Below the pieces are notes generated by a model, which worked only from the letters and a program-made list of their open reading frames with translations, was not told the origin of the DNA and did no database searches. From Halalkalibacterium halodurans (lineage in GTDB: Bacteria; Bacillota; Bacilli; Bacillales; Bacillaceae_D), in NCBI RefSeq assembly GCF_004376175.1, contig NZ_SNUY01000014.1:1-32000 (forward strand): 32,000 nt of DNA, written 5' to 3'. A program made the translations under genes and the position numbers. Position 1 is the stretch's first letter, and each line of letters opens with the position of its first letter. Of the stretch, positions 28,101 through 32,000 are shown one piece after another.

Positions 28101-29614
28101 TTAAAGAGGCTGTTGTCGTATTCAATAAGACAGCTAATAGAAACAAAGACTTGCTCGTTGCATATGTTGTTCCAGTGGAACGTGCTGAGTTATCTATAAC
28201 GAAAGTAAAGAAGTATATTTCAACACGTCTCTCTGACTATATGCAGCCAGACCGAGTCATATTTTTGGACAAAATGCCTGTATCACCAAATGGGAAAATT
28301 GACCGAAAAAGTTTGCCAGACCCGTCGGAGGATAGACCAGATCTAGATGCACAGTATGTAGCACCAGAAAAACCACTTGAAAAAGAACTGGTGGAAGTAT
28401 ATAAAAAAGTTCTGAATCTTGAGCGTGTTGGAATACTCGATAACTTCTTTGAATTAGGAGGGAACTCCTTAACAGCCGTATTTTTGATCAATCATATAGA
28501 AAAGTTAACTGGACAGAAGTACCCAATTAATTTGATCTTTGAAAATCCACAAATAAAGGACTTAGCACATGAAATCATGCATCGCAACACATGGGCGGGA
28601 GGAATAGAAAACCTTAGAAGAAAGGATGGAAATCAGGAGAGTAGGGGGATGCTTGTAGATATTCAACCTAATGGAGAGAGACAAGCGTTATTCTTTTCAG
28701 CTCCACTAGGAGGAATCTTACCTTCTACTGTTGTTGCTGGGATAATAGATTTCTCCCATGCGCTTGGGAAAAAGCAACCGTTTTTCGGCATCCAAACCCC
28801 ACCTTTATCTGGTGAACTATCTGCAAAATTGAATCTGGATCAACCGTCTTTCATTGAACAAATGAATGTCGTCCGAGCCTGGGAACCAGATCAGGAGATA
28901 CTCCCAAAGCTAGCGAAAGAAAGTATTAGTATGATCAGGGAAAAGCAACCAAGTGGTCCATACGTCTTAGGTGGGTTTTGTACAGGCTCACATTTAACAC
29001 TTGAGATTGCTAGTCAGCTAGAAAAGGAAGGTGAGCATGTTAAAGAAATTATAATGATTGACTCGTTTGCTCCAGGGTATACCGTCAACGGGGGCGAACA
29101 AGAAACACCTAAAGAGTACATTTTTGACGAGAACGACCCAGTATATATTGGTCAAATGTCACAATCCTTAGCTTGGTTCACTTGTAGGGAAATTGGCATA
29201 AATAAAGTGAGCCAATCCGTTCAAGAGGTTGCAGAAAGGATTAAATGTTTACCAGGCATGGATCAACGTTGGGAGTATATTACGGATGTATTAATTGCTA
29301 GTGAAGTGGTACCGATAGATACTACGTCGTCCGAGACGTACAGATTATACGTATTGTATAAGCTTAATACTGAAGCAACAAGAGTTGCGTTGAATGATTA
29401 CCATCCTAAAAAAGTGAATAGTGATATAACATTATTCATTGCTAAGAACGGATTTGAGGCCGAACTGCATCAGGATCATACGTTGGGCTGGTCGCAGGTA
29501 ACCTTCGGAAATGTGAATGTTAACTATGTATCGGGAGACCATTTAACAGTCTTAACAGTTCCAAACGTGTATGAGATTACGGATATCCTGGACAAACGTC
29601 TACGGTCTAAATAA
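22124..29614 (+). CDS. Non-ribosomal peptide synthetase 4: C-A(Thr-like)-T-C-A(Ser-like)-T-TE
   Basis: ATG 22124 lies 6 nt after TAGGTGA; the tracked ATG 22118 abuts the RBS.
- C1: YPLSFAQERLWF, HHIVSDGWS (nt 22613).
- A1: VAYMIYTSGSTGKPKG. Code read by eye is DFWNIGMVHK, the Thr code.
- T1: GGDSI.
- C2: YPLTKLQEGMLFH, CHLIFDGWS (nt 25847).
- A2: IAYMIYTSGSTGNPKG. Code read by eye is DVWHISLVDK, against the Ser code DVWHLSLIDK.
- T2: GGNSL.
- TE: GPYVLGGFCTGS, IMIDSFAP, SGDHLTV. Confidence 0.95.
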   Translation: MSFSKEMEILDQLLKDEGESDRIPRRTNRAEYPLSFAQERLWFIQQLDHHSAAYNIPLAIRLAGALDTEKLERCFNKVIERHEVLRATFKKENGKANQHIISAQYYPISLHDLSTLSYAERENEARSVAQKLACKPFDLSEGPLFRIQLIKLQANEHILVLIMHHIVSDGWSTGVLINELTKLYHANEEEWNEILPDLSITYSDYAAWQRKKYENGDYQKQLEYWKKIIGTESTKLALPYDFPKANAASQYGDVECFTVPLSVTKAVKHTSQKLGVSAFTILLSAYYLFLFRYCNQKEIIVGTPVANRNQFETESLIGCIANTIPLKMNVESDSTVKDFIAEVSRTTLEAYQNQDVPFEKIVDELKAERTLYQSPIFETMFTFQNQHRNLITLDRSIETQPYHLQLDASKFDLSLSIMEVDGEYDCVFEYRTELFRQDSIKRMASNFICILEGMVDEPLNTIHTLQYMDQEEQKLMSVASSLVYKKGDMIFQRFEHQVLQNPDVIAVDDGKQRLSYAELNNKSNKLARYLRRNGVNTEAKVLIQLDRSIDLIIAILGVLKAGGTYIPVDPEQPAERTKYIINDAKCEYMLTKSKYMKDNQLELDQRILYIDLHDQRWLKEEEKNLASVGMSPDQVAYMIYTSGSTGKPKGVCNTHYNVIRLFDSAEQHFDFGRDDVWTLFHSIAFDFSVWEMWGALLNGGKLMIVPHELRRNPEAFYKFMSENRVTVLNQTPSAFKVIVRLAKHTQHPLFLKYVIFGGEALDYQDLTAWFEYHGEKTKMINMYGITETTVHVTYREVKKSDVTGNQGSFIGQPLNDLTIYILNEDLLPTPIGVPGEIYVSGAGLARGYFNRPSLTAERYIPNPFKSGGQRLYRTGDIAKRTVNGDIEYLGRSDDQVKVKGHRIELGEIKATIAEDHRVEDCVVLVGSNSRNEKELAAFITFKQKEETEEQVRELRNHLIDKLPRYMYPAHIIAVDTIPMNANGKVNKEQLLTLRTESAASQGGRPQTKTEKELVAVWEKVLGRNGIGIHDNYFSLGGDSIRSVQVISELQEMGYELEVKDMFLNQTVKELAEYLEQSESRTTTYRRTKPFELISDKDRSALSEAIEDAYPLTKLQEGMLFHMEQFPNQPIYHNIDSVRLEGALNIDLFNEAVASVVENNVMLRTSFDMYSYSVPLQLVHKKAKLPVGYQDIRHLSEQEQERVIDEYVEQEKMNKFDLNKPSLLRFYIHQRTAETFQFTLTECHLIFDGWSLTSTLSEIFDLYFDLLENKRQMTESKELNVRFSDFIRLEQESINSEEQQEFWKSYLDDCQLLKFNHLTPETKHESVEIHRRIVSLPQTVKKKLKQIAADHSVTLKSMVLAAHIKALQVISGQSDVLTGLVSNGRMEVKDGEKVKGLFLNTLPLRQRVQQGTWIDFIHQTFKMEQQILPYRRYPLPEIQKTVGQSPLFETAFNYVYFHSMEHLFQSKKLKFIDFNKNSANDTHFSLMANFAVHPPHYDIQLTLAFDRNRFSEEKMDSVADIYRNILIQIASDPLINHNNRSYLADQEYKKAVYKWNETDRGYAESGLTIQQLIAKQVKRTPEHPAVVFQSEKMTYAELNQKADQVAQFLKAQGISNNAFVGVYLERSLEMMVALLGILKAGCAYVPLDTSYPEERIKYMIADAGVECILTVKHQLNNILSMSNDTPQDCYDILEILSAQEKQPSSDFEYHRGSTEDIAYMIYTSGSTGNPKGVMIPHKGIVNRLLWMQEEYQLNKEDRVLQKTPLSFDVSVWELFWPLITGASLVIAKPEGHKDSYYLAKLIKEEQITTLHFVPTMLQEFLNEKESENCTSLKRVICSGEALAPELKDRFYKALNSHLHNLYGPTEASVDVSYYACKQEDSSVWIGKPIANIQLYVLNKDLQPVGVDRIGELFISGIGLATGYANKPSLTAEKFIPNPFSKKQGMRMYSTGDLVRLLPDGNIEYIGRKDSQVKIRGVRIELKEIESAMRSHHHIKEAVVVFNKTANRNKDLLVAYVVPVERAELSITKVKKYISTRLSDYMQPDRVIFLDKMPVSPNGKIDRKSLPDPSEDRPDLDAQYVAPEKPLEKELVEVYKKVLNLERVGILDNFFELGGNSLTAVFLINHIEKLTGQKYPINLIFENPQIKDLAHEIMHRNTWAGGIENLRRKDGNQESRGMLVDIQPNGERQALFFSAPLGGILPSTVVAGIIDFSHALGKKQPFFGIQTPPLSGELSAKLNLDQPSFIEQMNVVRAWEPDQEILPKLAKESISMIREKQPSGPYVLGGFCTGSHLTLEIASQLEKEGEHVKEIIMIDSFAPGYTVNGGEQETPKEYIFDENDPVYIGQMSQSLAWFTCREIGINKVSQSVQEVAERIKCLPGMDQRWEYITDVLIASEVVPIDTTSSETYRLYVLYKLNTEATRVALNDYHPKKVNSDITLFIAKNGFEAELHQDHTLGWSQVTFGNVNVNYVSGDHLTVLTVPNVYEITDILDKRLRSK

Positions 29615-29630
29615 AGAAGGGGGAGTATGA

Positions 29631-31274
29631 ATGAGTATATACAAATATCTGTTTTCCATTTCCAAAAAGAATGTGCTTTATGCTCTGATTGCTGGTCTCA
29701 TTAGTGGGGCCAGCAGTACAGGTGTCATCGCTGTCATAAACCACACCATAAACAATCAGCAAAGTACGGGTTACCATATTGTATTAGCGTTTATCGCCTT
29801 GTGCTTAACGATGCTTTTGAGCAGTTTAGTGTCTGGATATTTATTGATTAAGCTTGCACAAGGGTCAATCATCAATTTACGTATTAACCTGAGTAAGCGC
29901 ATTCTATCAACCCCACTTAGGAAGGTAGAACAGAATGGCTCTCACAGGCTGTTAGCATCGTTAACTGACGATGTAATGGCAATCGCGAATGCTATTACGG
30001 TTAGTCCAATGCTGATCATTAATCTTTTCATTGTTCTGGGATGTCTAATCTACATGGGATGGCTATCCATATCAGTGCTCTTCATTGGACTAACATTTAT
30101 GACGATAGCATTTTTTAGCTACCAAATGCTGATGAAGATAGCTAACAAATATCTAGCAAGTGCGAGAGAGGAACACGACTCACTTTTTAGACATTTTAAA
30201 TCACTTACAAGCGGAACAAAAGAATTAAAAATGAGCAAACAGCGTCGAATAGATTTCTTCGATAAGCAGTTAACACCAACAATAAGGGGTGTTTATAAGG
30301 ACACTGTAAAAGGCATGACAATATATACTGCAGCTGGAAACTGGGGACAAATGCTATTCCTGTTTTTTATTGCGCTGGTCATCTTCTTTATTCCCCAGCT
30401 TAACCTAGTCAGTACAGAGATATTAACTGGATATACGCTATCGATTTTATATATGATCACACCTTTGGTTACAATCCTTAATGTCTTTCCAAACTTCGGG
30501 CGTGCCAATGTGGCTCTTAGGAAGATTGAAAAGCTCGAACTCGCTACAGAGGATGAAGAGTTGATGAGCAATCGAGAACAGTTACCGAGTAGTTTTAACG
30601 AGATCAGACTAATAGATTTAACCCACACGTATTATCGAGAAGAGGAAGATCATAACTTTACACTCGGACCAATCAATTTGACCTTCAAAGAAAATGAGCT
30701 CATCTTCCTCGTAGGTGGTAACGGGAGTGGAAAAACAACACTAGCCAAACTGATTACCGGGTTATATGAGCCTGAAGGGGGGAGGATAGAGGTCAATGGT
30801 CAGCCTATCACAGATAAGCACATTGATCATTACCGCCAGCTCTTTTCTACAGTGTTCTCAGATTTTTATCTTTTCGAGCAATTTATTGGTATCTCAGAAG
30901 ACAAAGTAAAAGAGGAAGCGGAAGAGTACCTGCGGCTTCTTCAACTAAATCATAAGGTAAAGGTTGAAGAAGATCGCTTATCAACAACAGATCTGTCAGG
31001 AGGACAAAGGAAGCGACTTGCGTTGTTAGTTTCATATCTGGAGGATAGACCATTTTATGTATTTGATGAATGGGCGGCAGATCAGGATCCGCTGTTCAAA
31101 GACTTCTTTTATACAAAACTTCTACCAGCTTTGAAAGGTAAGGGCAAGACGGTGCTTGTAATCTCACATGATGATAAATATTTCAACGTGGCGGACAGAA
31201 TCATTAAGATAGACTACGGGCAAGTGATAAAAGATGAGCCTATTGAAGCACTATCACAGCAAGCAGCTGAGTAA
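29631..31274 (+). CDS. Cyclic-peptide export ABC transporter (fused TMD-NBD, SyrD/PvdE/YojI family)
   Basis: N-terminal multi-TM region. Walker A is GGNGSGKTT, signature LSGGQRKRLAL, Walker B region FYVFDEWAADQDP (the EWAADQDP stretch is characteristic of this family). RBS AAGAAGGGGGAG. Confidence 0.9.
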   Translation: MSIYKYLFSISKKNVLYALIAGLISGASSTGVIAVINHTINNQQSTGYHIVLAFIALCLTMLLSSLVSGYLLIKLAQGSIINLRINLSKRILSTPLRKVEQNGSHRLLASLTDDVMAIANAITVSPMLIINLFIVLGCLIYMGWLSISVLFIGLTFMTIAFFSYQMLMKIANKYLASAREEHDSLFRHFKSLTSGTKELKMSKQRRIDFFDKQLTPTIRGVYKDTVKGMTIYTAAGNWGQMLFLFFIALVIFFIPQLNLVSTEILTGYTLSILYMITPLVTILNVFPNFGRANVALRKIEKLELATEDEELMSNREQLPSSFNEIRLIDLTHTYYREEEDHNFTLGPINLTFKENELIFLVGGNGSGKTTLAKLITGLYEPEGGRIEVNGQPITDKHIDHYRQLFSTVFSDFYLFEQFIGISEDKVKEEAEEYLRLLQLNHKVKVEEDRLSTTDLSGGQRKRLALLVSYLEDRPFYVFDEWAADQDPLFKDFFYTKLLPALKGKGKTVLVISHDDKYFNVADRIIKIDYGQVIKDEPIEALSQQAAE

Positions 31275-31353
31275 TCGGTGGGTTGCCACATATGCTATTT
31301 AAGTAATAGAAGATTCATTATACAGAAACTTCATTGAAAGGGGGTGATAAACC

Positions 31354-31563
31354 ATGGAGAACACAAACATCCAATATAAAGTTGTATACAATCACGAAGA
31401 ACAGTACTCAATTTGGCCAGCTCATAGAGAGCTGCCGAACGGATGGTTTGAGGAGGGTACGATTGGAGAGAAGGAAGAATGTCTTCAACGGATCGAGGAA
31501 GTATGGACAGATATGAGACCACTAAGTCTAAGAAAGCAACTATCTAAGGCTGAAGGCAATTAA
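31354..31563 (+). CDS. MbtH-like protein
   Basis: 69 aa. YKVVYNHEEQYSIWPAHRELPNGW...CLQRIEEVWTDMRPLSLR carries the three conserved Trp and the SxWP, GW and WTDMRP motifs. RBS GAAAGGGGGTGA. Confidence 0.9.
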   Translation: MENTNIQYKVVYNHEEQYSIWPAHRELPNGWFEEGTIGEKEECLQRIEEVWTDMRPLSLRKQLSKAEGN

Positions 31564-31614
31564 TATAAAGCTTTATACATGTATTGATCTTTTAAAAAGG
31601 GGTGCATACGTGAG

Positions 31615-32000
31615 GTGAGCAACACTAGATATGAAGAAAAGTTACCTGATCTCTATTCTCTTAATAGAGATCAGGCTCAGCAGCATATTCTGAAATACCT
31701 AGAGCAGCTATTAATCGAACATACTGAATATGATGCGCAGCTCGAGATCGAAAATGTGAAGATCATGGAATGGGTACAGGACTCATTAACAGCAATTAAG
31801 CTAAAGGCACACATAGAAAAAGATATAGGAATAGAGATAGACGTATCTGAACTGTTTGAAGAGCAATCACTATTACAGTTAACAGCAATGATGATTGACC
31901 TCGTAGATGAACTGAGGCATTCATCCAGCTCTTCTATTGATTCGGGTGAGGAAAAGGATTTCTTCACTGAAGAGCTACAAAAGATGAGTGACGAAGAGAT
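31615..32000 (+). CDS. Partial CDS (3' end outside window) beginning with an acyl/peptidyl carrier domain
   Basis: Not in the ORF track because it has no stop. It is open from GTG 31615 to the window end. MEWVQDSLTAIKLKAHIEKDIGIEIDVSELFEEQSLLQLTAMMIDLV is carrier-protein-like, with the DSL Ser codon at 31783-31785. A Ser-rich/acidic linker (HSSSSSIDSGEEKDFFTEELQKMSDEE) follows. The start codon is uncertain and the RBS is weak (AAGGGG 12 nt upstream). Confidence 0.6.
   Translation, partial: MSNTRYEEKLPDLYSLNRDQAQQHILKYLEQLLIEHTEYDAQLEIENVKIMEWVQDSLTAIKLKAHIEKDIGIEIDVSELFEEQSLLQLTAMMIDLVDELRHSSSSSIDSGEEKDFFTEELQKMSDEE

Noticed and set aside
7057-29614. Numerous 60-130 aa antisense or out-of-frame ORFs inside the NRPS genes (e.g. 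8987..9358, 9941..10264, 12298..12699, 27207..27452)
   Set aside because: All are embedded in long CDSs with continuous NRPS motifs. They lack RBSs and recognisable domains, as expected by chance in AT-rich coding DNA.
31331-31522. ORFs 31331..31522 (-) and 31334..31516 (+) overlapping the MbtH gene
   Set aside because: The 31354..31563 frame carries the complete MbtH signature and a strong RBS. The other frames have no support.
31677-31967. 96-aa minus-strand ORF (Ser/Cys-rich)
   Set aside because: It is low-complexity antisense sequence of the + strand carrier-domain ORF. That ORF has a recognisable fold motif and continues the operon orientation.

Overview
Firmicute-style chromosomal segment: Bacillaceae-type RBSs, a RelP/YwaC-like gene, and roughly 35-45% G+C by spot counts. 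It has three parts.

(1) 1-4530. A decayed sigma-54 unit comes first: an orphan terminator hairpin, a C-terminal stub of a sigma-54 activator, an exact -24/-12 promoter, and a chimeric DUF917::hydantoinase pseudogene. An intact co-directional trio follows: RelP-like small alarmone synthetase, small membrane protein, TetR regulator, then a strong terminator.

(2) 4563-7030. A junction zone holding an IS1182-like transposase stub and a dead IS4-family element (YREK motif with an in-frame stop plus frameshifts). The IS4 element is bracketed by two diverged copies of a ~250-bp unit. Each copy carries a consensus TTGACA-17-TATAAT promoter and two cre/LacI-type operators. A decayed NRPS carrier-domain relic and a 32-bp perfect palindrome follow.

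(3) 7059 to the window end. A co-directional, AT-richer NRPS cluster of more than 25 kb, with these units in order:
- C-A-T-E
- C-A-T-E-C
- stand-alone SyrP/TauD-type Fe(II)/2OG hydroxylase
- His-less C-like domain-A-T
- C-A-T-C-A-T-TE
- SyrD/PvdE-type cyclic-peptide ABC exporter
- MbtH-like protein
- an untracked ORF starting with a carrier domain that runs off the window

Most notable features:
- The TE carries Cys at the nucleophile position, directly after a Ser-type module.
- Module 3 is split over three polypeptides, with an interface-like C domain next to the hydroxylase.
- A G6 tract breaks the frame at the start of the second synthetase.
- There is evidence that upstream modules were lost.

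I recognised no rRNA, tRNA or CRISPR array. All domain and specificity calls come from motifs read by eye and need HMM or antiSMASH confirmation.
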